A DNA stretch of 64,000 nt from Trueperaceae bacterium (GTDB lineage: Bacteria; Deinococcota; Deinococci; Deinococcales; Trueperaceae): positions 4,384,001 to 4,448,000 of the forward strand of contig OZ243927.1 of assembly GCA_965213925.1 (NCBI GenBank), written 5' to 3'. The notes beneath the pieces are model-generated. The model was not told where the DNA came from. It did not search any database and saw only the letters and a program-made list of their open reading frames with translations. How positions within the stretch are numbered: position 1 is the stretch's first letter; the number at the start of each line of letters is the position of its first letter. Both the position numbers and the translations under genes were made by a program. Positions 28,815-38,861 of this stretch are shown piece after piece.

Positions 28815-30055
28815 AGGTGCTCGTTATCGGTAGCGGCGGACGAGAACACGCGGTGGCGCGGAAGTTAGCTCAGTCATCTCGCGTTAGAGAGATTGTCGCC
28901 GCCCCCGGCAACGCAGGCATGGCTCAAATTGGACGCTGCCTGGGCACCGACTTGACGCCTGAAAACCTCCTAGACCTTGCCCAACGCGAGCGCGCAGACC
29001 TCACTTTTGTCGGACCGGAAGCGCCCTTAGTCGCTGGCGTCGTAGACCTTTTCGAGGCGGAAGGGTTGCGGATTTTCGGACCCAAGGGGGTAGCAGCTCG
29101 GCTCGAGGGCTCCAAACGCTACGCCAAAGACTTCATGATGCGTCACGGTATTCCTACTGCAAACTATGCGAGCTTCGGAGAGGTCGAAAGGGCGCTCGAG
29201 CACCTGAAAACCACCTCTTACCCTACCGTCGTCAAAGATTCCGACCTCGCAGCGGGCAAAGGCGTCACGGTCGCCCAGACGTTCGAAGAGGCGCGGCGGG
29301 CCGTGGAAGAGGTGCTTAGCCCCGGTGAAGGAGAAGTCGTTATCGAAGATTTTCTGACAGGGCAAGAGGTCAGTTTACTCCTCTTGACCGACGGGAGGAG
29401 CGCCGTCTCTATGCCCCTCGCTCAGGACTATAAGCAAGCCCTCGACGCCGACGAGGGACCGATGACGGGCGGCATGGGCGCAGTTGCGCCCGTATCCTTG
29501 CTAAGCGACGCGCAGATGAAAGAGGTCGCGGCGCAGATCATCGAGCCGACCTTGAAAGGTCTGCGCGACGAGGGCGTGACGTATAAGGGCGTGCTCTTCA
29601 TCGGTTTGATGGTGACGGAGGGGGGCGTCAAGGTTTTAGAGTACAACGTGCGCCTGGGCGACCCCGAAACACAGGTCGTTTTACCGCTTCTGGAGACGGA
29701 CTTGGTCGACGTTCTCGAGGCTGTTATAGACGAACGTTTGCATGAGGTGACGCTCAGATGGTCTCCTAAACGTGCCGCGTGCGTCGTGATGGCTGCGCCG
29801 GGGTATCCGGGCGACTACCCCAAGGGATTACCCCTCAGCGTTCCGCCGCTACCTGAAAACATCACCGTGTTCCACGCAGGCACCTCGCTTCGGGATGGTC
29901 GCTTGGTCAGTTCGGGCGGGCGGGTGCTCGGCGTGACGGCGCTGGCGGATACGCTGGACGAAGCGGTTCGCTCGGCTTACGGCGCGGTTGACGAGATCGA
30001 CTTTAGGGGTGCGCATTACCGCCGCGACATCGGACAGCGTTTAGGGCTCGAATAA
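28811..30055 (+). CDS. purD: Phosphoribosylamine--glycine ligase
   Basis: GSGGREHA, GPEAPL, LEGSK, TGGMGA, EYNVRLGDPE, SGGRVL. Confidence 0.97.
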   Translation: MKVLVIGSGGREHAVARKLAQSSRVREIVAAPGNAGMAQIGRCLGTDLTPENLLDLAQRERADLTFVGPEAPLVAGVVDLFEAEGLRIFGPKGVAARLEGSKRYAKDFMMRHGIPTANYASFGEVERALEHLKTTSYPTVVKDSDLAAGKGVTVAQTFEEARRAVEEVLSPGEGEVVIEDFLTGQEVSLLLLTDGRSAVSMPLAQDYKQALDADEGPMTGGMGAVAPVSLLSDAQMKEVAAQIIEPTLKGLRDEGVTYKGVLFIGLMVTEGGVKVLEYNVRLGDPETQVVLPLLETDLVDVLEAVIDERLHEVTLRWSPKRAACVVMAAPGYPGDYPKGLPLSVPPLPENITVFHAGTSLRDGRLVSSGGRVLGVTALADTLDEAVRSAYGAVDEIDFRGAHYRRDIGQRLGLE

Positions 30056-30372
30056 GCGTCTTGGCAACTCTCCTTTCCGTCCCGCCTCCTGTTTAATCTC
30101 CTTTTCCTATCGCCTCGCTGCTCTGCTCTATAGGTCGCAGCACACGCCGCTGCTATGGCGCTGAACGTCTCCCGCGTCAGTTCTACGGGCGCTTTGAGGT
30201 ACCGTTCATCTCCTCTTCGCCAACATTTCGTCGGCGTAGGGGCTTTTGGAAGGGTTGAGAAACCGTAAAACACGTTCAATCCGAGCCCAAACCCCGCTCG
30301 GTGTTGAAAGATGATACCTCTCGGTTGTTGCCTGCCTTTGTACTTGTTTACCTTTTCTGCTTACAATGAGGT

Positions 30373-33300
30373 ATGGCAGCTGATACCCTCACCAAACCCA
30401 CCCCGGAAACGAACCCCTGGCGGCGCATCTTCGAGGATGTGCGGGAGGGAATTGGCAACAAGCGGGACGAGGCAGGCGTGGTCGGCAGCATCAACTGGCT
30501 GCGCAAGCAGATGGAGCAGCGCGGCGCGAACCCCAACGTGGTGCGCAACATCATCTACCGCGACAAGGGCAAACTGAGCGACAAGCGCGTGCTCTTTGAA
30601 ATCTTGAGCGAATTGTGGACGAAGTCAGGCAAACCGCCCCTGCAGGTACCTGAGTTGGAGGTCTTGCTCGCGGCGAGCACGAACGATGACCAAGAGGTCA
30701 TGCAGCTTTTGGGGCGCGAGAAGCGGCGGGCGTATCAGAGCTTCGTGAGCGGCGTGCGCTCGGAGCTGAGTCCGAAGCTGCTCGTAACCGGCAAGCCGGG
30801 CTCGGGTAAAACGCTCCTGACCGACTACATTCAGCAGGCTTTAGAGCTGCCGCCAAGAGCTGCCGAGACGATCTTGCGTCAGGAGTTCGGCGGCGACTTG
30901 GCGGCGGCGCTGAGCCGTTTAGCGACCTCTTTAGGCGTGAGCGCGGGCGCGTTCGAATCGCGGCTCATCAAGATCGGGGTCTCGAGCGCCTACGCTGTAC
31001 AAGCCGACGCGCAAGCGGACGTGGCGCGGGTCATCCTAGACGGCGTCCGCTCGCACGCGGGACCGCTCGTGCTTCTTTTTCACCTCTCGCAGTCTACGGT
31101 GGGGCAAGACCGTTTAGGCGCAGCTCCCTTGCGCCTCTCCACCGCCGACGTGCCGCGCGTCAACGTGGCGGAGTGGTTGTGGCTTTCTCTTTTAGAGCCG
31201 CTCAGCCACATGACCCACGTGAACCTCTTGGTCAGCACGACGAGCGTACCCGCGAGGGTTCTGGGGCATTTGGGCGCGTTCGAAGGTCCGGTCAAGCTCA
31301 ACCCGCCCACCGTGAGCGAGGCGCGGCGCTTTGTGAAGGCTCGTGTTCCCCACCTGCCGCAGGGCGAGCAAGAGGTCTTAGTCGGACGGGCGAAGCGCTC
31401 CTTCGAGGACCTGCGCACCCTGACGCTCTTAGCTGAAATCCGCGAGCCGCTGCCTGAAGGGACGGCGAGCGACAAACACATCGAGCAGCTCAGCCAACTC
31501 GCGCTGACCTCTTCCGAGCCGCGCCTCAGAGACTTTCTAGGCGCGGTGGCGGTCTTATCGCTGCCGGAGCTGAGCTTTTCGCACGCCGCTCTGACGGCGA
31601 TTTTTCCTCACGACGAGCCGCTGAGCAGCCTCGAGAGTGCCTTTTTAGACGCTGTGCCCAGCACCTCCCCGGACGAGGCGAATTACTGGCGCTGTTTCTC
31701 ACGGCAGCTCGTTCGCGCCTTACAAAAGCAACTCGTCAACGCTGACTTGCCCCGTTACCGCGCCCTCAATGAAGCGGCGAGCCGTCACTACGAAGGGGAC
31801 GCCCGCGCCGCGCCCAAGAGCGCACAAGCGACGCGCTATCTGTGTCATCTGCTAGAGGCTAGAGACTGGTCAACCCTGCAGACGTGGCTGACCCGCCACG
31901 GCGCGTCACAGTCCCTCCTGCAGAGCGCGTGGCAGGCTGCCACTGAAGAGTTACAAGACGCTTCGCGAGACGATTCGCAGAGTGCTGAGTTTGAAGCCAT
32001 CGCCCTCCACGTCGCTGCGCACTACGTGAAGCTGGGCAGCTTCGAGCACCCTGACGTGGTGCAAGCGCTTCAGGTTCTAGCCGACTCGGACAACCCCCGC
32101 TTGCGCGCCTGGACCACCCTCAAACGCGCCGAGGGCGAGGTGCTTAAAGGACATTTCGGCGCAGCCGAAGCGCTTATAGGGCGCTGGCCCGACGTGGATG
32201 ACCCCGTGCTCAACGCTGAGGTCAGCCTGATCCGCGCGAGCGTCGCAAGGTGGCGCTCTCAGCTCGACGAGGCGGCGGCGCTCGTCGAGGCGCAGGCGCG
32301 AGTCTTTTTAGAGCGCGTGCCGCCGCACAGCCAAGAGAGCAAACTTTTAGGGGCAAAGGTAGAAGCCTGGGCGGGGCTCATCGCCAAGGATAGGGGCGAC
32401 TTGCAAGGGGCGCTCGAACACTTCGCCAGCATCGAGACCGACGACGACCTAGTTCACGCCCGCCTCGCCTTTCAGCGCGGCGACATCAGGATGGCGCTCG
32501 GTCATTTCAGCGCCGCACTCGCCGAGTTCGACGACGCCGTGACCCGCTCCTTTGAGGCTGAAGCGCCCAGCCACGAGCAGGCGCGCTACTTGGCGCGGCG
32601 GGCGAACTTGCAGCGGCTGCGCGGACAGTTCCTCAGCGCTGAGCGAGGCTTTGAGAGGGCGCTCAGCGTTTTAGGGAACGACGCCTACCCGACCAGCCGT
32701 CACGAGTTGGAGTGGGCGAAGGTCAAAGACGAGCACGCGCTCAACCTGCTCGCGCAAGGACGCTTCGAAGCGGCGACCTTTACGCTTCAACGCAACCTCG
32801 CCACCTTCGGACGCTACAGCCAAGAGCAAGAGGTGGACGCGAGCTTTCGCATCTTGCGGAGCACCTTGCGCCTCAGCCTCGCCTACTGGTGCCGCGCCCT
32901 AGCGCAGCCGCTCGCGCTGCCCTTTTTGCGCGCCGCCGAAGACGCGCCCGCGCACCCCGATTTGGCGCACGCGCGCACGCTCATCACTCGCGTCAAGGAC
33001 GCTCTAGGCGAGAAGCGCTACGGTCCACTCCACCGTCAGATGCACCTCGCCGCTAGCCTTATCCTAGAACCCGAAAGCGCAGTCGCGCACGCCCGGCACA
33101 CGCTCATGTACATGCTAGAACACGCCTTAGAAGGCGCGCATTACCCCTACCGTGAGGCGGTGAGCCGCACTTACTTAGGGACCGCGCTGCTGCGCTCTGG
33201 CGAAGTGGACGCGGCGTTAGAAGAGGTTGACAAAGCGCGTGAGGTCCTGCTGACCCTCGCCGACGAACACGGCGAAGGCACCGACAGCGGTCTGCTCGCG

Positions 33301-33585
33301 TGGCTCACCACCTTGCACCTTCAGGCGCATGCCCGCTTAGGGCAGAGCGAAGCGGCCCAAGCGAAGCTCGCGGAGGCGCTAGACACGCCCGCGCTTCACC
33401 CCTACGCCGAGGCACTCCTGCGGCTCTACGGTGAACTCGCTGAAGCGTCCCCGGACTTAGCGTGGTTCCAGCACGAAGGGTTGCGGCGTCACATCGCTTT
33501 GCACGATGATTTGGAAAATCAGGCGCAGCGCACTGTGCGCCTGCCTGACGCACTTGTAGCGTACTGGCAGAGTTTGGATATCTAA
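30373..33585 (+). CDS. Large P-loop NTPase with helical N-domain and TPR-like C-terminal repeats
   Basis: Walker A GKPGSGKT; Ala/Leu-rich helical repeats in C-terminal half; TACAAT 5 nt before ATG. Confidence 0.8.
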   Translation: MAADTLTKPTPETNPWRRIFEDVREGIGNKRDEAGVVGSINWLRKQMEQRGANPNVVRNIIYRDKGKLSDKRVLFEILSELWTKSGKPPLQVPELEVLLAASTNDDQEVMQLLGREKRRAYQSFVSGVRSELSPKLLVTGKPGSGKTLLTDYIQQALELPPRAAETILRQEFGGDLAAALSRLATSLGVSAGAFESRLIKIGVSSAYAVQADAQADVARVILDGVRSHAGPLVLLFHLSQSTVGQDRLGAAPLRLSTADVPRVNVAEWLWLSLLEPLSHMTHVNLLVSTTSVPARVLGHLGAFEGPVKLNPPTVSEARRFVKARVPHLPQGEQEVLVGRAKRSFEDLRTLTLLAEIREPLPEGTASDKHIEQLSQLALTSSEPRLRDFLGAVAVLSLPELSFSHAALTAIFPHDEPLSSLESAFLDAVPSTSPDEANYWRCFSRQLVRALQKQLVNADLPRYRALNEAASRHYEGDARAAPKSAQATRYLCHLLEARDWSTLQTWLTRHGASQSLLQSAWQAATEELQDASRDDSQSAEFEAIALHVAAHYVKLGSFEHPDVVQALQVLADSDNPRLRAWTTLKRAEGEVLKGHFGAAEALIGRWPDVDDPVLNAEVSLIRASVARWRSQLDEAAALVEAQARVFLERVPPHSQESKLLGAKVEAWAGLIAKDRGDLQGALEHFASIETDDDLVHARLAFQRGDIRMALGHFSAALAEFDDAVTRSFEAEAPSHEQARYLARRANLQRLRGQFLSAERGFERALSVLGNDAYPTSRHELEWAKVKDEHALNLLAQGRFEAATFTLQRNLATFGRYSQEQEVDASFRILRSTLRLSLAYWCRALAQPLALPFLRAAEDAPAHPDLAHARTLITRVKDALGEKRYGPLHRQMHLAASLILEPESAVAHARHTLMYMLEHALEGAHYPYREAVSRTYLGTALLRSGEVDAALEEVDKAREVLLTLADEHGEGTDSGLLAWLTTLHLQAHARLGQSEAAQAKLAEALDTPALHPYAEALLRLYGELAEASPDLAWFQHEGLRRHIALHDDLENQAQRTVRLPDALVAYWQSLDI

Positions 33586-33812
33586 GGAACTTCGAATCAA
33601 GATGCGTTGGATGAAGTCTTGCGCGGGCTCGGACACCTTCTGGGAGGCTCGAGCCTACATTCTTACGTTCAACCTCTTCTCAACCTTCCGACTTCATCTC
33701 CGTACAAGCCTGAAACATAGGCGCTAGATGCGTTACCATAGGCGCATCAAAAGACGTTCTTAGCGGGGAGGTCACCTTACGTGGCAATGCGTATAGACAA
33801 ATGGGAGGCAAG

Positions 33813-34535
33813 ATGCTCGTCCAGGAAATCATGACCAAAGAAGTCGTCGCCATCGGACCCGAAATGCCCATCGGCGACGTTCACGTGTTGATGGAGCAGC
33901 GCAATATCCGCCACTTTCCGGTGCTGGAGGTATCATCTTCAAGGGTCTTAGAAGCGACGCCAAATGCTACTCAAGTGGATTCAGAGCCGCTCACGGCGCA
34001 ACCGGCGGAAGAGGGCGACGCTAAGCTCGTCGGCATTGTTTCAGACCGCGACATCCGCGCGGTGGGTTCAGAACTGCCGAATGTGGAGCAGGGCGTGACG
34101 CTCAAAGACCCGGTGCGGCGCATCATGGTCTACCCCGTCTTGAGCGCACATCCCTTGGACCCTATCGAGGAATCGGCGAGCGTCTTGCGGCAGTATAAGA
34201 TCGGCGCGATGCCCGTCATGGACGGCGAAGCCCTCGTCGGCATCGTGACGAGTACGGACTTTTTGGAGTCGCTTATCAAGATGACGGGCGTGCGGGGCGC
34301 GGCGTCTCGCTTAGAAGTCGAGGTGGAGAACCGCCCTGGCGCGCTCGCGCGGCTGACAGAGGCGGTGGCGGAGCGCGGGGTCAATATCTCGAGCGTCCTC
34401 ACCCACGGTAGCGACGACGAGATGATCAGCTTCGTGTTACGGGCGGACACGATCGACGGGCGCGGCTTGGCGAACGCCTTAAAAGAACGCGGCTTTGACG
34501 TGTTGTGGCCCCCGGAGAAAGGGCAGCACCCATGA
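33813..34535 (+). CDS. acuB: CBS + ACT domain protein (AcuB family)
   Basis: Two CBS motifs (IRHFPV, GIVSDRD; IGAMPV, GIVT), ACT NRPGAL; coupled to acuC. Confidence 0.85.
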   Translation: MLVQEIMTKEVVAIGPEMPIGDVHVLMEQRNIRHFPVLEVSSSRVLEATPNATQVDSEPLTAQPAEEGDAKLVGIVSDRDIRAVGSELPNVEQGVTLKDPVRRIMVYPVLSAHPLDPIEESASVLRQYKIGAMPVMDGEALVGIVTSTDFLESLIKMTGVRGAASRLEVEVENRPGALARLTEAVAERGVNISSVLTHGSDDEMISFVLRADTIDGRGLANALKERGFDVLWPPEKGQHP

Positions 34536-35701
34536 GCGACTCGAAAGACACTGCCTTCGTCTACAGCGCCCACCTGAGCGACTATCAGCTCTCGGAGAGC
34601 CACCCCTTCAAGCCGATTCGCCTAGAGCTGACGCGCAGCCTCCTCCACCACGCCGGGCTTTTGAGTGAAGCGCAAGAGGTCCACCCGGAGCCCTTCAGCG
34701 AGTCACAACTTCACACGCTGCACGACCCACACTACGTCGAAGTCGTCAAAGCGGTTTCGAAAGGGCGAGACGTCGCCGACGCCTACGCGCACGGCTTGGG
34801 CACCTCCGACAACCCCATCTTTCCCGGTATGCACGACGCGATTTTAGGCATCTGCGCCGCCACCGCCACCGCCGTCGACCTCGTCGCCTCGGGCAAAAAG
34901 CAGCGTGCGACGAACATCTCGGGCGGTCTACATCACGCTATGAGGGGTAAGATGTCGGGCTTTTGCACCTACAACGACCTCGCTCTGGGCATCGAGCAGG
35001 CGATCCAGCGTCACGGCGTGCGCGTCGCGTATATAGACCTCGACGCGCACCACGGCGACGGCGTGCAGTGGCTCTTCTACGAGCGCGCCGAGGTTATGAC
35101 CATTTCTATGCACGAGTCGGGGCGCTACCTCTTTCCGGGGACGGGTCACACCTATGAGATCGGCAAGGACGCGGGGCGAGGCTCGAGCGTCAACATGCCC
35201 TTGGAGCCTTTTACCGAGGACGACTCTTACCTGGAATGCTTCGAAGCGGTGGTGCCCCGCGCCCTAAAAGCCTTCGGACCCGACCTCATCGTGCTGCAAG
35301 CGGGCGCGGACATGCACTACAACGACCCACTCGCGGACCTGGCGCTTTCCACTAAAGGCATCGGCGAGAGCTACCGCCGCGTGAGCGAGCTTGCCGACGA
35401 ATACTGCGAGGGTCGCTTAGTAGCGACGGGCGGCGGCGGCTATGACCCCTACCGCACCGTGCCGCGCGTCTGGTCTCTACTGTGGGGCGCGGTGAGCCGC
35501 CAAGAGGTGCCCGAAGACGTGCCGCAGGCGTGGCTGGACCAGTGGCAGGAGCGCAGCTCGAACCCGCTGACCAAGACCTTTCACGATGACCTCTCGCAGT
35601 GGGACGAAATGCCGCGCCGCGAACAGATTACCTTACACAATCAAGCGGTGGCGAAGCGGTTACTGAATACGGTGGAGCCGATTTGGGAGGGGGAGGTTTA
35701 A
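34532..35701 (+). CDS. acuC: AcuC-family zinc-dependent deacetylase
   Basis: HPFKPIR, GGLHHA, GFC, DLDAHHGDG, GGGGY. Confidence 0.93.
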   Translation: MSDSKDTAFVYSAHLSDYQLSESHPFKPIRLELTRSLLHHAGLLSEAQEVHPEPFSESQLHTLHDPHYVEVVKAVSKGRDVADAYAHGLGTSDNPIFPGMHDAILGICAATATAVDLVASGKKQRATNISGGLHHAMRGKMSGFCTYNDLALGIEQAIQRHGVRVAYIDLDAHHGDGVQWLFYERAEVMTISMHESGRYLFPGTGHTYEIGKDAGRGSSVNMPLEPFTEDDSYLECFEAVVPRALKAFGPDLIVLQAGADMHYNDPLADLALSTKGIGESYRRVSELADEYCEGRLVATGGGGYDPYRTVPRVWSLLWGAVSRQEVPEDVPQAWLDQWQERSSNPLTKTFHDDLSQWDEMPRREQITLHNQAVAKRLLNTVEPIWEGEV

Positions 35702-35703
35702 CA

Positions 35704-35803
35704 GCAGGTATTAAAGTCTGTCTCACTGACGTTCGGAGCTGGTCACGTACGCTCTCACTGTAAAGAACATTTACGAGCACACACGTTCTGAGATAATACC
35801 TGC
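35704..35803 (+). repeat. Dispersed MITE-like element, copy E3
   Basis: 10-bp perfect IR GCAGGTATTA...TAATACCTGC; core CTGGTC...CTCAC...AACA...GCACACACGTTCTGAGAT aligns to E1/E2. Confidence 0.7.
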
Positions 35804-35844
35804 GTTCATCTGTCCTAATACATTATGAAGCTGCTAAAGAAGTT

Positions 35845-36727
35845 ACGCCAATTCGGAAAAGACTTGACGAGATAGAGGGTAAGGGCTGAAATAGTATGTG
35901 AGCAAAATCCCAACCCTCGAAGAGATTGTACAAGCGGTTGAAGGTCTAAGTCTAAAAAAGCGAAGGAAAGCTCCTCAGGGACGCAAGCCTACTTTCTCGG
36001 ATGACTTCATCATTGCGCTAGCGGTGTATCAGAAATTGGCGAGCTTCCGCTACGCTCAGAAAATGCTGGAGGTTGCCGCCTCTTTTGGTGTCGAGGTTCC
36101 TGCGCCTTCGACCTTCTGCGAGCGCAAAGGACTACTGCTAGGACCTATCATCCTCGCGGTTAAACAACTTTGCGCGGCGCAGCAGGCGACCAAGCAACAC
36201 CTCGACTCGAAAAAGCTGGAAGTTGTGGACTTTGCGCGGGCTAGACGCAGCAAGTTAGCTGGAGCATATGGACATGACCACATTCATAACACCACGTTTT
36301 ATGGCTTTCGCTTACATGCTCGCGTAAACGATGCTGGCGACCTGAGTAGACTGCTCCTAAGAGGCGCGAACGAGCACGATGTTAAAGTCGCACCTCGTCT
36401 GCTGAGCGGGCTTACCTACACCATCGTAACTGCAGATAAAGGTTATATCAGTCACGACCTTAAAGCCGACATCGCTCCTCAAGCGGTGGACCTTGTTACG
36501 CCGCGCCGCAGCAATCAACTACCTCCACCCAGGCGTGAACAAAACCTCTACTGCGGTCACCGCATCGTTGAATCCGTTTTCTCTTCACTCGACAGGCTCG
36601 GCTTCTCCGACAGACCTTATCGCTCTACTAAAGGATGTATGGTACACATCTATACCACCATCCTCGCTTATCAGCTCAGCCATTTAGATGTCCTCGGACT
36701 TTGGTTCTTCCTTTCCCGAATTGAGGT
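35845..36727 (+). mobile_element. IS982-family insertion sequence, isoform 2 (883 bp)
   Basis: IRs ACGCCAATTCGGAAAAG / CTTTCCCGAATTGAGGT; 8-bp target duplication AAGAAGTT (35837-35844, 36728-36735). Confidence 0.92.
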
Positions 36728-36737
36728 AAGAAGTTGA
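35898..36737 (+). CDS. IS982-family DDE transposase (reads through right IR)
   Basis: Colinear homologue of 5014-5820; LDSK, ADKGY, RIVESVFS. Confidence 0.88.
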   Translation: MSKIPTLEEIVQAVEGLSLKKRRKAPQGRKPTFSDDFIIALAVYQKLASFRYAQKMLEVAASFGVEVPAPSTFCERKGLLLGPIILAVKQLCAAQQATKQHLDSKKLEVVDFARARRSKLAGAYGHDHIHNTTFYGFRLHARVNDAGDLSRLLLRGANEHDVKVAPRLLSGLTYTIVTADKGYISHDLKADIAPQAVDLVTPRRSNQLPPPRREQNLYCGHRIVESVFSSLDRLGFSDRPYRSTKGCMVHIYTTILAYQLSHLDVLGLWFFLSRIEVRS

Positions 36738-36738
36738 A

Positions 36739-36793
36739 AGCAACGAGCAATGAGTGTAAAAGGCTTCTACTCATTGCTCGTTGCTCATTGCTA
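36739..36793. terminator. Hairpin built from heptamer repeats at the end of the serine hydrolase gene
   Basis: AGCAACGAGCAATGAGT...ACTCATTGCTCGTTGCT; CTCRTTG three times in tandem. Confidence 0.55.
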
Positions 36794-37861
36794 CTCCAAA
36801 GAGGCGAGGTACTCGAGCCCCACCTCCATCACATTGACCTCAGCAACGTTGACGAGCAAGACGAGCCCGACCTCTTTCTCGGTGTTGAAGCCCAAAAAGC
36901 TGCTGAAGCCGCCCGTGCCGCCGCCGTGGAAAACGATATCCCCGGCAGGACTTGGCAGGCGAACCCAGCCCAAACCTTGAAGCGACGCGCCCTGTCCTTT
37001 GATGCCCGTTGATTGCTGCGCTTGACAATTCGCGGCGCTGAGCGGCGCGTCCTCACGACACGCCTTTATGGAAGCGTCCAAAAACTTCATCGCGTCTTCC
37101 AGGCTTCCCCTCGCTATACCCGTACCCGCTAGCGCGTCAAAGGTCCACACACTCGTCTCGCTCCCGTCTGAGGCGAGAGGTTGCGCAGCGCTGTCCGAAC
37201 GCGAACCCTCGGCGGTTGCACCGTCCATAGCGAGGGGCTGAAAAATCCTAGCGTCAATAAGCTCGGCGTAGCTAGACCCCGCAGTGTCAGCGAGCAGCGT
37301 GCCGAGCAGACCGAACCCAAAGTTGGAGTAGTTGGCGAAGCCGTGGTCGCTCTCTCTTACCTCGACGCTCTGTAACGCCTCATGGAGCATCGCCCTATCA
37401 AACTTGGCGTAGGGGTTAGCTTCGTTGCGCTCAAAATAGGAATAGGTCATGTTGGGTGGCAGCCGGGGCAACCCTGCTGTGTGCGTCGCCAACTGCTCGA
37501 ACGTCACCGCTTCCCATTTGGCGTCTTGGACCTCTTCAGGTAAATAGGCGTTGACGCTCTCGTTCAGTTGAACAGCGCCCTCTTCGGCGAGCTGCGCCAA
37601 GAGAATAGCGGTGAACACCTTTGTGATGGAGCCGTATTCGAAGCGCGTGTCCTCGGAGAAGTCCGGGTTGCCGACGAAGAACGTCGTTTCTTCGTCTTTC
37701 TCGGTGAGACCGACGGCAACGCCCGCTTCAGGATTAGAAGGGAGAAGAGGTTGCAGTTGTGAGGTCAGGGCTGACGCCGCGTCTTCTGACTGCGCGTAAG
37801 CGGCTAAGCCGACGAACAAGCAGAGCGCCATTAACGTGACCCGAACATGCCAGAAGTACAT
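36791..37861 (-). CDS. Exported serine hydrolase (beta-lactamase/AmpC-like family)
   Basis: Signal peptide; SITK (SxxK), THTAGL, YSN, HGGGTGGF. Confidence 0.9.
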   Translation of the reverse strand: MYFWHVRVTLMALCLFVGLAAYAQSEDAASALTSQLQPLLPSNPEAGVAVGLTEKDEETTFFVGNPDFSEDTRFEYGSITKVFTAILLAQLAEEGAVQLNESVNAYLPEEVQDAKWEAVTFEQLATHTAGLPRLPPNMTYSYFERNEANPYAKFDRAMLHEALQSVEVRESDHGFANYSNFGFGLLGTLLADTAGSSYAELIDARIFQPLAMDGATAEGSRSDSAAQPLASDGSETSVWTFDALAGTGIARGSLEDAMKFLDASIKACREDAPLSAANCQAQQSTGIKGQGASLQGLGWVRLPSPAGDIVFHGGGTGGFSSFLGFNTEKEVGLVLLVNVAEVNVMEVGLEYLASLE

Positions 37862-37964
37862 ACGCGATTATAGACGCTTTCGCAGCGTGCACGACTGCTA
37901 AGCATTATCAAGCGAGCCAGTGTGGGGCTCGAGCCACGGCGCAGCGTCTATGGTAGGTTTTCCT

Positions 37965-38861
37965 ATGGCAGACAAACAGACGGGTAAAGTGGCATTTATC
38001 GGCATGGGCACGATGGGCGCACCGATGGCGAAGCGCTTAGTAGAGGCGGGCTACGACGTAACGGTGCATAACCGAACCCGCGAACGAGAAGAGCCTCTTG
38101 CGGAGGCGGGAGCGAAACGCGCCAGCAGCCCCCGAGAAGCCGCCGAAGGTGCAGACCTCATCCTCACGATGGTCAGCGACACACCCGACGTGGAAGCCGT
38201 CATTTTAGGCGACGAGGGCGTGATTCACAGCGTTAAAGCAGGCAGTATTGTCGTGGACATGAGCACCATCAGCCCGAGCGTGACGAGAGGCATCGCCGAA
38301 AAGCTCGCCGAGAAAGAGGTCCAAATGCTCGACGCGCCTGTCTCCGGTGGCAGCGAAGGCGCAGAGCAGGGCACGCTCTCGATCATGGTGGGCGGCAAAG
38401 AAGAGGTCTTGGCGCGCGTCCGCGAAGTTTTAGAGCATCTCGGCGAGACCATCACGCTGGTTGGTCCAGTCGGCAGCGGTCAGGTGACGAAGGCGATTAA
38501 CCAAGTGATTATCGCCGGAACCTACGCTGCTGTTGCCGAGGGGATGGCGATTGGCTTAGCGGCGGGACTCGACATCGACGCGGCGCATCAGGCGGTTTCG
38601 GGTGGTGCGGCGGGCTCTTGGGTTTTGGCGAACCGGGCGAAGAACATGATTGACAACGAGTACCCGTTAGGCTTTCGCACGCGGCTCCACCGCAAAGACT
38701 TGGGAATTGCCTTGGAGACGGCGCAAGACTTGGGCGTGGCGATTCCGACGGCAGCGTATGTAGCGCAAATCGAGACGAGCTTGATGAAGCGCGGTCTCGG
38801 TGACGAAGACGTCTCGAACATCGCGCGGATTGTGCGCGAGCAGGCGGGGCTGGATGGATGA
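37965..38861 (+). CDS. NAD(P)-dependent beta-hydroxyacid dehydrogenase (GarR/MmsB family)
   Basis: FIGMGTMG, DMST, DAPVSGG, KDL. Confidence 0.92.
   Translation: MADKQTGKVAFIGMGTMGAPMAKRLVEAGYDVTVHNRTREREEPLAEAGAKRASSPREAAEGADLILTMVSDTPDVEAVILGDEGVIHSVKAGSIVVDMSTISPSVTRGIAEKLAEKEVQMLDAPVSGGSEGAEQGTLSIMVGGKEEVLARVREVLEHLGETITLVGPVGSGQVTKAINQVIIAGTYAAVAEGMAIGLAAGLDIDAAHQAVSGGAAGSWVLANRAKNMIDNEYPLGFRTRLHRKDLGIALETAQDLGVAIPTAAYVAQIETSLMKRGLGDEDVSNIARIVREQAGLDG

Noticed and set aside
30016..30279. 87-aa minus-strand ORF
   Set aside because: Overlaps the purD end, has no motifs and no clear start signal
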